Of a stretch of DNA of 64,000 nt, positions 25,960 to 40,634 are shown one piece after another; position 1 is the stretch's first letter; every line of letters begins with the position of its first letter. Both the position numbers and the translations under genes were made by a program. A model generated the notes under the pieces. The model saw nothing but the letters and a program-made list of their open reading frames with translations, was not told the origin of the DNA and did not search any database. This stretch comes from Octopus sinensis. Taxonomy: Eukaryota. The stretch spans positions 89,156,001 to 89,220,000 of the forward strand of contig NC_043004.1 of assembly GCF_006345805.1 (NCBI RefSeq), read 5' to 3'.

Positions 25960-26540
25960 GTATTAGTGCCATGTAAAAAGTACCCATGTCAGTGCCATGT
26001 AGAATCACTCATGCCAGCGCTGTGTAAAAGTACCTTGTAGACTTTGTAAAGTGATTGGTGCTAGGAAGGGCATCCAGCTGTAGAAGCCATGCTACAACAG
26101 ACATGGAACCAGAGCAGCTCTTCAGATCGTTAGCTCTTGTCAAAATGTCCAACTCATGCCAGCATGGAAAACAGACGTTATGTGATGATAATGAGGAGGA
26201 GGAGGATGATAGCAAAAATCAATGGAAATTGCAGATGTGATACCAGTGCCGGTGGCACGTAAAAGAACCATCCGAATGAGGCCATTGCCAGCGCCGCCTT
26301 GACTGGCCTCCGTGCCAGTGGCACATAAAAAGCACCAACCAATCATGGCTGTTGCCAGCCTCGCCTGGCACGTTAAAAGCACCCACTATAGTCACGGTGT
26401 GGTTGGCGTTAGGAAGGGCATCCAGCTGTAGAAACACTGCCAGACCAGATTGGGCCTGGTGCAGCCTCCTGGCTTCCCAGACCCCAGTCGAACCGTCCAA
26501 CCCATGCTAGCATGGAAAGCAGACGTTAAAAGATTGATGA
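25960..26540 (+). mobile_element. Two tandem RTE 3'-tail fragments
   Basis: Two copies of ...AGGAAGGGCATCCAGCTGTAGAA...CATGGAAA... Confidence 0.8.
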
Positions 26541-27202
26541 TATAATGTGTGAGAAATATATTGTGCCTGGGTGATTTTGTGTGTCTGTTTGTATGTGTGT
26601 GTTTGTGTGTGTGTGCACATGCGTGCATGTGTGTGTGCATGTGTTTATGCATATAGATAGATAGACAGACAGGCAGGCAGGCAGACAGACAGGCAGCCAG
26701 GCAGACAGACAGACAGACTGATAGATAGATAAAAATGTACATTAGTGTAAGGGTGCATTTTCATAAAAGAGCGGTATTGTGAACATGTGAGTGAGTATAC
26801 AGTCATGCGCTTAGAAGATTTTATTATCTGTGCAAACACATATATATGTGTATGTGTATAATGTATATGATGTGTGCATGTGGATGTATGTGTGGGTGAG
26901 TGTCTGCATATCTATTTCGGTCCTGGTAACTGATATGTTTTCATTAGCAACGCAAAGCCATTCAATGAAACCATTATACCTAAGTCATATGCTGCATTAA
27001 TGCACACCTGCACACACACGTACTCACACACACGCATGCACACATATACACACAACATGTACATGCATACAGAATTTTTAATATATATACAAATATATTC
27101 ACATACAGTTACATGCAGATACACATGCAGTTTTCTTCATTTACATATATAACTACACATCACAAGAAGCAACAGAGATTGCAAGCTTGATAATTTGATA
27201 GT

Positions 27203-27248
<46 letters not shown>

Positions 27249-27548
27249 TGTGTGTGAGTGTGTGTGAGTGTGTGCGAGTGTGTGTGTTTGTGTGTGTGAG
27301 CACATACATGAGCACACGTGTTATGTTTGTGCATTTATATATATATCAGTAGAGTATGTATGTATGTTATACACACACAATGATACCCATATATGTATGA
27401 ATGAATATATCTGTACATAGATAAGTGAATATATTTGTGTATATATAATGTATATATGTATGTATGTATATACACACACAATATGTGTGTGTGTATACAT
27501 GCACACAATATGTGTATATATGTATATGTGTAGTGTATGTTGTGTGTG

Positions 27549-27584
<36 letters not shown>

Positions 27585-27668
27585 CATACATACGTACATA
27601 TACATATATACATATACACATATACATATACATCACACATATTATGATGATAATGACAATGATGTCTG

Positions 27669-27713
<45 letters not shown>

Positions 27714-28354
27714 TATCTTAAAGATGGTATCTGGCAGTGACATGCACTTACACAAAGAGAGATTATTTAATATATATTTTTGCATAGGAGTAAATGGATA
27801 AATAATGAAATACATATAGAAGAGGAGATAAATGAGAGAAGAATGTTTGTGTATCAACAAAATAGAAGATTCTGCTTTGGTTCAAAACAATTATTGTTAC
27901 TTTGCCACAAGCTATCTCTATTGAGTAGACGTATGATAAAAGCATTTTAACTGTATCTGTCTTCTATATGAAGGATTGCATTATCTTATCCCATCTTTTC
28001 ATACAGACCCAATACATTTAGGTGCGAATTATCTAATGTGTCTGACTCTTTTTTGACAAGGAAAATGTATGATTTAAGACAGATTTGGCTGCTTTGTCTC
28101 GCAAGTCAAAGCAACCATATAGAGGTGTCACCACTGACATATATATTCGTGTGTGGTGGGTTGGGGGACATGGGCAAATATCAGCTTCTCTTGGAAACAG
28201 ATCAGGGTTGGTGGCAGGAAGAGCATCTGACCATAGAAAATCTGCTTCACAAAATCTGTCTGCTCCATGAAAGAATGGTTGTGGGCATTAAATGATGATG
28301 GTGATAATATATATACATGCATATATCATATATCATCATCATCATCATCATCAT

Positions 28355-28580
28355 TTAACCCTTTTGTTACCATATTTCTGTTGAGGTGCTCTGTGCTTCT
28401 TTCAATTACTTTAAATATAACAAAGAATTAGTAAGATAACTTGGTTATCGTTAAGCTAGTGTTAGGAACATAATTGTGACTAAGGTTTGGTGGAAGATTT
28501 TGATTAAAAACTCATGAAAACAAGACATTTGTACTTAGAGCAAGAGCTGGTTTGTGCCAGGTTAGTAATGCAAGGGTTAA
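28355..28580. mobile_element. piggyBac-like MITE with TTAA TSD, inserted in an RTE tail
   Basis: TTAA-CCC...GGG-TTAA; removing it restores the RTE tail sequence. Confidence 0.75.
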
Positions 28581-28916
28581 TGTCCATTGTCCATGCTAGC
28601 ATGTGACCAGAGCTGACAAGCTGGGGAGCTGCACCAGACTCCAGTCTTATTTCACATGGTTTCTATGGCTGGATGCCCTTCCTAATGCCAAACACTTTAC
28701 AGAGTGTACTGGGTGCTTTTACATGGCACCACACAGGTGCTTTTACATGGAACTGCACAGGTGATTTTATGTGACACCACCACGAGTGCTTTACACCACC
28801 AGAAATATCGGACTTAACACTACTGCTGTGGGTACGGATCTTCTTGAGTACAGCAAGCACCAGGTATCTCGATCTTTTGTCACTCACCTGAAAAGTTCAG
28901 CATCCTGAGGTCATTA

Positions 28917-29290
28917 AGGCACAGGTGTGGCTGTGTGATAAGAAGCTTGCTTCCTGGCCAAATGGTTCTGTGTGCAGTCCCACTGCATGATACCTTGGGC
29001 AAGGGTCTTCTCCCATAACCTTGTGGCAACCAAAGCTTTGTGAGTGGATTCGGTTGATGGAAACTGAAAGAAGCCCAGCGTATGTGCGTGTTTGTTTATC
29101 CCCTACCGCCACCACCACTGCTTGACAGCCAGTGTTGGTGTGTTTTCATCCCTGTAACTTAGTTGTTTGGTAAAATATGCCAACAGAATAAGTACTAGGA
29201 TTTACAGAAATAAGTCCTGGAGTTCAAGGTGGTGCTGCAGCATGGCCACAGTCAAATGACTAACACAGGTAAGAGATAAAAGATAAAGTA
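28917..29290 (+). mobile_element. SINE family 1 copy
   Basis: Homology to 2222-2640, with a short deletion in the tail. Confidence 0.85.
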
Positions 29291-29309
29291 TATATATACA
29301 TATACAGAT

Positions 29310-29348
<39 letters not shown>

Positions 29349-29375
29349 AATACACACAAATACATATATATGTAT

Positions 29376-29406
<31 letters not shown>

Positions 29407-29519
29407 CATACATATATATATATATACATATATACAGATACACACACACTACTCACACATACACATATATATACATACATATATATAGATACACACACAC
29501 ACACACACATATATATATA

Positions 29520-30014
29520 CCGTAAATCCTCGAGTATAGTCCGCCCTTGAGTATAATACGGAGGGGATTTTTAGGGGGCTGTACCTCTGAAAAACCTAAA
29601 CCTTGTGTATAATACACACCACTTCTCTAACTTGAGTCATGCATAATTAAGCCAGCAGCACCTAGTCGAACAAACACTTCCGTGCATGCGCAATACAATA
29701 ATGGGAATGTAAATATGTTTGCAAATTGTTTTTGTTACATGTTATTCTGTGTTCTGAATACTTTTATTTTAATAAATGTTGCTTACTGCAAGTTATGGAT
29801 GTTTTTTATGACTTAATTGCTTTAAGGCTTAGCTTAAGGTATTTTCGTGCCCAACATCACAAAATGCATCTGAATAAACATTGCCGGACAGCAAATAGAG
29901 ACATGGACTTTGGTTAGAAAATATTTTTTATTTTTAACCTCATATATAGTACGCAATAGGGATTTTGACCTTCAAATTTTTGGAAAAAAGTGAGGATTAT
30001 ACTCGAGGATTTAC

Positions 30015-30016
<2 letters not shown>
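29520..30016. mobile_element. pogo/Tc2-like non-autonomous element
   Basis: Perfect TIR CCGTAAATCCTCGAGTATA / TATACTCGAGGATTTACGG, flanked by TA. Confidence 0.88.
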
Positions 30017-30069
<53 letters not shown>

Positions 30070-30816
30070 ATATATATATACAGATACATAATTATATATA
30101 TATACATAGGTAAGATATTCAAAATAAGACTCAGTAAACTGTTTGTAATCCAGTGAAGCAAACTTCATGAAAAACATTGGGATTGTTTACCTCAAATAGT
30201 CCCATGTTATTCCATTTCATTTGATGCAATTAGCCAGACCTTGGATTATAGAGTGCTTGAACAGTATCTGCCTGGATCCATCACCCCTGTCTATCTATCT
30301 TTCTATCTATCTATCTATCTGTATGCATGTGTGTGTGTGTGGTGGATTTGTGTGGATTGATTTGGATGGATTCATACATCTATATATACAAACATACAAA
30401 CATACTCTTACACACACAAACCTGCACATACACAGACAGACAGACAGACACATAGATTGATAGATATTCTATCTATGACTCCAAAAGGATGAAAGACAAA
30501 ACTGATCTTCACAATGACTGAACTCAGATTCTTGAGAATAAACAATTGCCACAAGGCATTCTACCAATACTCTAACAATTCTTGCCAGTTCACTACCATA
30601 TATGGACTCAAATATAATAGAACCCTTATTTTTTAAACTGCAAAATCAATATATTATCTTCCTCTCCCCACCCCCCAACCCCATCCCACCACTTTTTTTT
30701 CTTGGAATATAATGTTACTCTGCAATTTTGATCTTGAAGTTTTGCATTAAATTTCTTACACTAGGCACAAGTAAATGAAAGATACATATTTGTATGTGTA
30801 TCCATGTATAGATATG

Positions 30817-30850
<34 letters not shown>

Positions 30851-30881
30851 GACACACATACATATGTGTGTGTGTGTATAT

Positions 30882-30918
<37 letters not shown>

Positions 30919-31091
30919 GCACATATACATGTATATATACATACATACATACATTCATATATACATACATAAATACATACATAAATACATATATATCTAT
31001 ATATATATATGTGTGTGTATTTGTGTGAAAAAAGAATTAACATATGCATGAAGAATGTACACAAACACACACACACACACACAGAATAATG

Positions 31092-31179
<88 letters not shown>

Positions 31180-31549
31180 ACACACAGGGACACAGACAGG
31201 CACATATGCACATTTAGCAATGCCCATACAGCAGAAAATACAACATTTAAATAATGAAATAAAGAAAAGACAAACAGCGTTAGCAAACAAATACAAATTA
31301 TTCTTTGATAAAATGGGAAAAGCTAATGACTATTTCAGACAATTGACATATTGATACAAGAGGCAAATCTCTATAGTTTTGGAATGAAATCAATACAGGT
31401 GATTGATTATAATGATGGAGCAACATAATAACTTTGAACTTTCTGTGTCAATGTGCTGGATGTGTGTATGTGTGTGTGGGTAGGGAGAAGAGTTGTTAAT
31501 AGGGTGGCGAGGGAGAAAGAGAGGTGGGGGGGGAAAGTTTTTACAGAGG

Positions 31550-31883
31550 ATGAGGTGATGGTGATGGTGATGGTGAATGATGACTGGTGAATGGTGGTGG
31601 TGGTAGTTGGCAAATGATGATTGATCGATGGTAATGTTGGTGATTAGTGGGAAGGGAGTTACAGTTTCTTATGGTGGTGGAGGCGGCGGTAGTGGCGGTG
31701 GTGGTGGCGATGGTGGTGGTGGTGGTGGTGGTGGTTTTGGTAGTAATTTATATTGGTACTGGTTGTTGTAGTTGTATTTGTGGTGATGGTGTAATGATTT
31801 CAGCTTTGTTGTTGTTATTGTTGTTGTTGTTGTGTTGTTGTTGTGTTGTTGGTGGTGTGGTGGTGGTGGTGGTGGTGGTGGTG

Positions 31884-31928
<45 letters not shown>

Positions 31929-31950
31929 ATAGTAGTAGTAGAAGTAGTTA
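31550..31950. repeat. (GGT/GTT/AGT)n tract
   Basis: Direct. Confidence 0.9.
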
Positions 31951-32187
31951 GGGAGAGGGGTTAGTTATGGAAGTGTTTGTGCTTGTTGAATAATTTCGGT
32001 AGCGCATGGCCACAGATTTGGAGGAAGAGTCAAAAGTATTCAACTGGTACTTTATTCTATCAACTCTAGAAGGATTAATGGTAAACTTGGTGTTGGCAAG
32101 ATTTGAAGCCAAGTGCATAAAAGAACATGACTAAATACCACAAGGCATTTTGTCTGTCACTCAACTGAGTCTATCAATCCATTGCCC

Positions 32188-32416
32188 TTAACCTTTTAGC
32201 ATTTAAACCGGCCATATCCAGCCAAAAGTATTCTGCCTGTTTTATGTTCAAACTGGCCAGATCTGGTCTCTCACATCAGCCCTACAATATCGTTTTAAAA
32301 ATTAACAGCTACCTCATCAAAATCTCATAGCTACAACATAATGCATGATTAGTTCAAAACAATGAGGATGAAAAAGCATTAATTTTGGCAGAATAATGTG
32401 AATACTAAAGGGTTAA
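32188..32416. mobile_element. piggyBac-like MITE with TTAA TSD, second family
   Basis: TTAA-CCTTTTAGCATT ... AATACTAAAGGG-TTAA. Confidence 0.75.
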
Positions 32417-32578
32417 GACAATATTTAAAAACACTAGTTTTCTGCTTCAAATTTCTTTACCATCAGCTGTGGCTGTGGCAGTGATGTCACGTTCATCATA
32501 TCATCATCATCATCATCATATTCATCATCATTATGTTCATTATCATTATCATATTCATATCTGTATATATGTATGTAT

Positions 32579-32663
<85 letters not shown>

Positions 32664-32797
32664 TATATATATGTATATATATGTATATATATATGTATAT
32701 AACGGGAAGCTTTATGAAAATAGACAAAAGACGAAGGCAGGTGGAATACAAACAAACAATTGTATTAGTATGGCGCTCAGGAAATATAATAAACAAG

Positions 32798-32835
32798 TCT
32801 TTAACGTTTCGAGCCTACGCTCTTCAACAGAAAGA
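32798..32835 (-). ncRNA. Minimal hammerhead ribozyme motif of the Penelope-like element
   Basis: TCTTT-CTGTTGA-a-GAGC-gtag-GCTC-GAAA-CGTT-AAAGA: stems I and II are perfect; core reads CUGUUGA. Confidence 0.75.
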
Positions 32836-33121
32836 TACACAGAGAAAAAAAACACAGAAAGGAGAGAAAAAAAATATGCGTGCAGAAGCTAGCGAATCAA
32901 CATGGCGATCTGATTTCGGCCAGAAGTCAAAGATCAAACATGAGACGCAAGAGCGAAATTAGGGGAGATAATAGGGTTGAATGACCTCGCTCCAACATAA
33001 GAGTGTGTGTGTGTGTATGAGAAGAGTGTGTGTGTGTGTATGAGAGAGTATTAGTGCGTATGAGAGGTCTGGACGTGTGTATGTATATATGATGTGATGT
33101 GTAAAGTCGTATGGTGTAGTG

Positions 33122-33510
33122 TAGAGAGAGGAGATGAGGGAAGAGGGGGGTAAGGGGGGGAGAAAGAAAGGGGAGAAGAGGGGAGAAGGAAAGGGGAGAA
33201 TGGGGAGGGGAAGGGGAGGGGGAGAAGGAAGGAGAGGAGAAGAGGAGGGGGAGAAGGGAGAGGAGAAGAGGAGGGGGAGAGGAGGAGGGAGGATACAGGG
33301 AGAGGGGGAGAGAGAGAGAAGGGGAGTGAGGGAGCAGAGAGAAAGAGGAAGGGAAGAGGAAGAAGGAGGGAGGGAGAAGGAGGGAGGAGGGAAAAGAGGG
33401 AGAAGGGAAGGGGAGTAGGGGTGAAAGATGAAGGACTGAAGAGAAGTAGGGGTCGGGGGGAGGTTAGATGAGGAGGGGGAGAGGGAGGTTAGATGAGGAG
33501 GGGGGAGAGT
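33122..33510. repeat. ~390-bp polypurine tract in the PLE 3' UTR
   Basis: Nearly all G/A on the + strand. Confidence 0.9.
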
Positions 33511-34775
33511 TGAGACCAAATGGCGTATAAGAGCGAAGAGAGAAGATTAAATCCTGTTCACGGCGCAAACGGGAATCCGGATGGCCTCTGTGTAAGGACA
33601 AACCGAACACAGACAGGTGTTGCAAGGAGTGACCGGTGGAGCAGAAATGGCATGAGATCGGTGTGTCGTTCGCAAGGCAGATGTCACGAAGGTGTTCCGC
33701 GAACCAGTCAGCCAAGCGGCGTCCCATTTGTCCGATGTATAGGGAATGGCAGAGAGAGCAAGAGACGCAATAGATAATATTGCTGGAGGTGCAGGTGAAG
33801 GAGTTGATGATGCGATAGGGTCGATGATGGGTGCCAGTGAGGAGGGTGGTGTTGGAGAGGTAAGGGCAAGTGCGGCAACGTGGGCGGGAGCAGGGGAACG
33901 AGCCAGGTTGGGAGGTAGGGTCAGGGAAGGAGCTATGGACCAAAAGGTCTCGAAGGTTATGGGCTCGTTTGAAAGAGGGGAGGGGTCAGTTAGGGAAGAG
34001 GTGTGAAGTGGACGGGTCGGACTGGAGATGACAGAAAGCTCGAAGAATGGTGCGTTGGAGAGGTAGTGTCGTGGGGTGGTAAGTGAGGGGAAAAGGGAGG
34101 CGGGAGACTACAGGGCGGGTTCGGGGAGAGAGAGCAGATACACGGTCCACGGAACGTGCTCTGGCAAGGGCGGTGTGGATGGTGGTGAGGGGGTATCCAC
34201 GTAGGATGAAGTGGTGAGCCATACGTTGAGACTGAGTCTCAAAGTCATGGTCGTCACTACAGAGCCTACGTAGACGGAGAAATTGGGAATAGGGGATGGA
34301 AAGCTTGGTGTGTTCTGGGTGGGAGGAAGAGAAGTTGAGGTATGAGTGTGAGTCTGTGTGTTTGTAGTGAATGGAGGTGGTAAGAGTGGAGTGAAGAATG
34401 CTAACCGAAATGTCGAGGAAGGAGACAGAGGTGTTGGAGATAGTGGAAGTGAAGTGGAGGGCTGGATGGAAAGATTGAACGAAAGAGAGGAAGGAATCTA
34501 GATGTTCACGGGAGAGTGAGGTGGCACCGGTAATGTCGTCAATGTAACGACCATATAGTTCAGGAGTGGGACCAGTGAAATTAGAGAATATTTGGGCCTC
34601 AACATAGCCAATGAACAGGTTCGCATAGTTGGGGCCCATTCGCGTTCCCATGGCCACTCCCAAGACCTGATGGTAGAACTCGCCCGTGAACGAGAAGCAG
34701 TTAAGAGTAAGGACAAGTTCGGTCAGACGAATGAGTGTGGAGGTGTCAGGTTCAGGGTTGGAGCGGAGGTCAAGA
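33464..34775 (-). pseudogene. Penelope RT / GIY-YIG ORF remnant
   Basis: ORFs 33986-34663 and 33464-33943 are collinear. Confidence 0.9.
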
Positions 34776-34823
34776 AAGTATATATGTATATATATATGTA
34801 TCTGTGTATATATGTGTGTGAGT

Positions 34824-34868
<45 letters not shown>

Positions 34869-34968
34869 TTTATATTTTATCTCTTACCTGTGTCAGTCAT
34901 TTGACTGTGGCCATGCTGTGGCACCACCTTGAACTCCAGGACTTATTTCTCACACGCACACAACTCCA

Positions 34969-35003
<35 letters not shown>

Positions 35004-36062
35004 ACACACACACACAACTCCATGCACACACACATACACACACACACACATACACACACACACACAACTCCATGCACACACACATACACACACACACTTA
35101 TATACATGCAGTACCATGTGAAAATCACCCAGTACACTCTGTAGAGTGGTTGGCATTAGAAAGGGCAACCATACCAAAATGAGCAACGGAGCCTGCTGCA
35201 GCCCCTGGCTTTACCAGCTCCTGTCAAACCATCCAACCCATGCCAACATGAATGGACATTAAATGGTGGTGGTGGTGGTGGTGGTGGTGGTTGGTGGTGG
35301 TGGTGGTGATTGATGATGACGATGACAACAACGATGATGATGATGACTGTGAGGAGGAGGAGGGAGTGGTGGAGGAGGAGGAGGAGAAGGGGAGGCAGAG
35401 GCAGAGGTTGAGGACGAGGAGGAGGAGGAAGAGGAGGAGAGGAGTAGAGGAGAGGCAGAGGAGAGGAGGTAGAGGCAGAGGCAGAGGAGAGGATAATGAC
35501 AATGATGATGATACATGCATACATATACAATAGTTGTCTTTAAGTTTCTGTCTACCAAATCCTCTCTCACAAGGCTTTAGTCAGCACAGGGCTATAGAAG
35601 AAGACAACTGCCCAAGATGCCACAGGGTGGGATTGAACTCAGAACTGCGTGGTTGGGAATCAAGCTTCTTAACAACACACAGCCAAACCTGTTCCTTAGC
35701 ATGAGCATCCAGTTGTAAAATAATTGCTTTAACAATATTTATCTCTCTCATATTAGCATGAAAAATTGAAAATTGAAAACAGCCAAGATAAATAAGGAAG
35801 CCTAAGAAAAAGTGAAGCGAAAAGGCTGATAAATAGATTCTAAAGAATGAAATTTTAATTTTGTTAATGCATTTTCCCCATTTTCAGAAAGATATAAAAA
35901 TAGATAAAAATGCAGTATGTACATATACCCACATATGCGCACACACACACACACACACACAGAGAATTACTTGTGGTTCACTTACACGTATCGTTATCAC
36001 TTCTGTTTACATATAAAATTAATAATCCTGTATATATATATATATGTATATGTATATGTGTG

Positions 36063-36159
<97 letters not shown>

Positions 36160-36214
36160 CGTATGTGTACATATATATATGTATATAATATGTGTGTGTG
36201 TGTATACGTATATG

Positions 36215-36253
<39 letters not shown>

Positions 36254-36428
36254 ATGTATACATAAACACATACATATATATGTATATATGTATGTATGTG
36301 TGTATCTATAGCATGTATGTTTACACACACACACACACACACACATATATATGCATATATATATATATAGCCTCACTAAAGCCTTGTGAGTGGATTTGGT
36401 AGATGGAAACTGAAAGAAGCCCGTCGTA

Positions 36429-36471
<43 letters not shown>

Positions 36472-37489
36472 ATGTATTTGTTCGTGAGTCTGGAGCAATG
36501 TGAAATAAAGTGTCTTGCTCAAGAACACAACACAACACCCAGCCCAATCCAGGAATCGAACTCACTACTACATGATAGTGAGCCCAGCACTCTAACCATT
36601 GAGCCATGCACCTTCACACGCTCTTAACAGATTCACTTGTAGAAAAACACAAGAGAATCTGCAGGCTTGTACAAAAGCCTCACTTGCAGACCTCGCTTGC
36701 ACCCTTGCATATTGTTCATGCATACACAGTATATTTTCTGTTGCCCCCTTGGCCTACATACTATTGTATCATTCCTTCCTTTTAACATGATTGCATTATT
36801 TGGTTTTTGCCATTCCTCGATATTTTTTATGCCTGTCGATTGCTTTATTTTCCAACAATGTACTAGAAGACTAATGTAAGCAACCATCATGGAATAGATC
36901 ATATTTCAGTCATTCACTATTTTTCATCAGTTTTATAGGACCAGTATTTTTTTTTTCAGTTATTTTTGCCTATATAAAAGCAGAACTCAAAAGCATTTTT
37001 CTCTTTGCCATTTTACTTCGTTTCGGCAGGGCAGTAAAGTTCTTTCACATCACTTTCTTTCCAAAAAGAATGAAGTGAAAGTGTAAGCAACATCACAGAG
37101 CAAAGTTGACTCTTATTTCACCTTGCCTAAAATATTAAACATGAGCTCAGTTGAACAAAGCAAAATTCTGTATTCCATTCTCACCAAATTACCATAGGTT
37201 GAACATTCTTCTCTCAACATTATTTATTTACATCACATTATTCATTCACTGCATTTACTCTATCCCCATCTCTATCCATCTACTATATTCTCCTTTCACA
37301 CTCTTGTAAGGCACTGCCCTTGGACTGGTAACAGACAAACTGTAGACAGGAACTTCACTGCGGGGGGGGGGGGGTGCAAGGCACTACCCTTGGACTGATA
37401 ACAGATGAACTGTAGACAAGAACTTCACTGCAAGCTAGTGAGCTGTTCAGCAGAAAAGGGACTTCCAGTTAGGTAGGAGAGAGAGGTCA

Positions 37490-38395
37490 GAAGATTTAGA
37501 TGGCCAACAAAGGTGATGGTGAGTGGGGTAGAAGAAGTGTTAGTGAGTAATGTGGATCCATGTGGTGTATATGGGAGGTGGGTAATGGCAAATGTGGTGT
37601 TGTGTACGGGATGCGAGAAATGGATTTGTGGTAGATGTATGAAAATGAAGTTGACCCCAAGACTGGCAAGAGAATTTGTTTGTGGAAGATGTGAGAAAGT
37701 AGCTGGAGGGCTAGCGAAGTCAGTGGAAATACTACATGACAAGGTAGAGACAGTGAGAGGGTTTTGTTATTTGGGAGATAGGGTGGATGTAAGTGGGGGA
37801 TGTAAAGCAGCTGTGACTGCAAGAGCGAGACTTGGCTGAGTGAAGTTCAGGGAACTTGGAATGTTATTGTATGGGAAATAGTTCTTATTGAAGACAAAAG
37901 GAAAGTTCTATAGGAGTTGTGTGAGAGCTGCAATGCTTTATGGGAGTAAGACATGGTGTTTGAGAGAGAGAGAGGGGTGGCAATTTCGAGAAGGACTGAG
38001 AGAGCAATGGTGAGAGAAGGGTGTGGCGTGAGGCTGTTTAATAAGAGGACTGAGGACTTGATGAGGATGCTGGGGTTAGAGGAATCAGTGGAATGGCTGG
38101 CAAGGGTGAATGGAGTGCAGTGGTATGGGCAAATCTTGAGGAGGGATGAGGAGCAGGTTCTGAAGTGGGTGCTAGAGTTTGAGGTAAATGGACAGCGAAA
38201 GTGAGGTAGACCAAGGAAAATGTGAAGGGGACAGGTGGAGGAGATTTGGAGGGCTGGCTTGAGAAGGGAGGACATTCAAAACCAGGCAAGATGGTGAGAT
38301 GGTGTGAGGGTGGTTGCTATGGCACTGAGGTAGATCCAGCCACCCCCATTAACGGGGACAAAACCCAGATTCAAAATGATGGATGATGATGATCA
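37490..38395 (+). mobile_element. Older RTE LINE C-terminal fragment of a different family, also with the PHD-like finger
   Basis: DPCGV..CTGCEKWICGRC..FVCGRC, FCYLGD, WYGQILRR; (GAT)n tail. Confidence 0.85.
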
Positions 38396-40189
38396 TACTT
38401 GACCTCACAGTGTGAAGCTGACTGAAGCAAAATAAACAATACACCAATACACCCTTGTTCCTGATTAATTTTATGTATAACTTAACAAAGCTATGCTCTT
38501 GTGAACTTACCAACACATTCATCCTGTCAAATCCTCAGGATTACTTCTCTTATGTTCACCTCCTCTTCCTTTGAGGGTACACTCTGACATCACATCTTTT
38601 CCAACTGGGGCAACCATGTATCTCCTCTACTGCAAGATACCTGTTTCTGTCTCTCTATCATACTTTAACCTATTACCACCTGGTATAAACCCACTTCCTC
38701 AATACTACACCCTACCTTAGTTGTGGGGTTTTGTCTTGCAAGATACTCAGTGACATCACTAGTGTAAGTGTCATGTAAAAAGCACCCAGTACACTCTATG
38801 AAGTGGTTGGTGTTAGGAAGGACATCCAGCCATAGAAGTCATACCAAAACAGACAACTGGAGCTTAGAGAAGTCCTCTGGTTTGTTGGCTCTGTCAAACT
38901 GTCATCCATGCTGACTATGTGAAAAATTTACCTAGATTAAAGCATGTTCCAGTGGTGGACCTTTATTACTATATATAAATGGTGGCTGCCCCCTTGTTAT
39001 CGAATATGGCCATTGCACGAAGCTTAATCAATGTTGTTATTGTGCAATGCCTGTGCAAGAAGATTTTTTTTAAAGTGAGGAAAGGCTGTGCACTGAGTCA
39101 ATCCCACTCACTAAGCAACAGCAGCCATAATCCAAAAAGAAGAACAAGTCAACATCATTGGCAACCACTGAGCCGCAGGCTTTATGTCGGAGTTATCCCA
39201 GTTACCTGAGTTACCTTCTCCTAGAAGGATGCCCTAACAAAGGCTAGGAGTCCTTCACTCCCAATGGTTTAACCGCGCGATTGGGTATTCAGTCCGATTA
39301 TTCTATGTCCCTGCGCATATTTATATATATATATATATATATTATGTACCTATATTACTATATATTATATATATATATATATTATATATATATATATATA
39401 TAATATATATATATATATATTATATATATATATATGTATATATGTGTATATATATATATGTATATAATATATAGTACCTATATTACTATATATTTATATA
39501 TATTAGTAATATATATGTTTTGATTAACAAAAAAGAGGAAAATATTCTCAGTACAGATGTAGAGTATATTTATAAATTGTAGAGCTCAGATTGTTAACTG
39601 TTAACACTTATAGTTTCAAAATTATCACTGATCACTTAACTGATTTCTCAGACACAACACATATAACAAATATGGTATATGTGTGAAAAGTCACTGAAAA
39701 GGTGAACAGTATATAAAAAAAAAATTTGTGTATGTATGGGTGTGTATTTGAGTATACATACACATATATTTATATATGTATATGTATGTAGGTATATATG
39801 TATTCATGGATGTGTGCCTGTGAGTTTGAGTATATATGAGGTGAGTGGTTTTATGTATATGTCCACCAAGTGTGTGTGCGTGTGTGTGTGTGTGTGGTGT
39901 GTGTGTGCGTGCGTATGTGTGTGTGTGTGTTTGTGTGTGTGTGATCACACAGAATGTAGATTAGTAAATAGTCAGGGAAATATAAATATAAATATACAGA
40001 AAACTACATATGCAGATGGCTGTACAGCTGAACAGCCAAACGGATAGATTTATAAATAAATAGATACATGAGTATACATACACACACATGCACATACATA
40101 CACACACATGTATGAATCCATGTGTATATATATATATGCATGTATGTGTGTATGCATGTATATACCTCTTTGTATCTCTCCCTCTCCCC

Positions 40190-40224
<35 letters not shown>

Positions 40225-40241
40225 ATATATATATATATATA

Positions 40242-40289
<48 letters not shown>

Positions 40290-40557
40290 GTCATGTTACA
40301 TGTATGAAAATATATATATATAATGTTTATATGTATATATGTGTGTGTGTGTGTGTGTGGTTGGGTCTCTGTATGTGTAAGTTTGTAAGTTTATGTATGT
40401 CTATGCATAGATGCACACACACAGATAAATATGTAGCTAGATAAGATGAAAAGATAGACAGGAGATACACTAGGCTGAATACATAATTATATGAGGCTGA
40501 ATCTGATAAATTTGCAGGAAATGGTCGTCTCATTCCAGCTGACATTGTTTGTTTATA

Positions 40558-40634
<77 letters not shown>

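Larger units (their letters stand above)
32697..34775 (-). mobile_element. Penelope-like element, 5'-truncated (RT, GIY-YIG, and 3' region with hammerhead)
   Basis: GVAMGTRMGPNYANLF, RYIDD, FLD, YKHTDSHSYL; CSRPRCRTC...NIIYCVSCSLCHSLYIGQ; ends at (TA)n. Confidence 0.95.

Noticed and set aside
30190-30286. Minus-strand exon candidate
   Set aside because: All three frames contain stops, and the acceptor lies in a microsatellite
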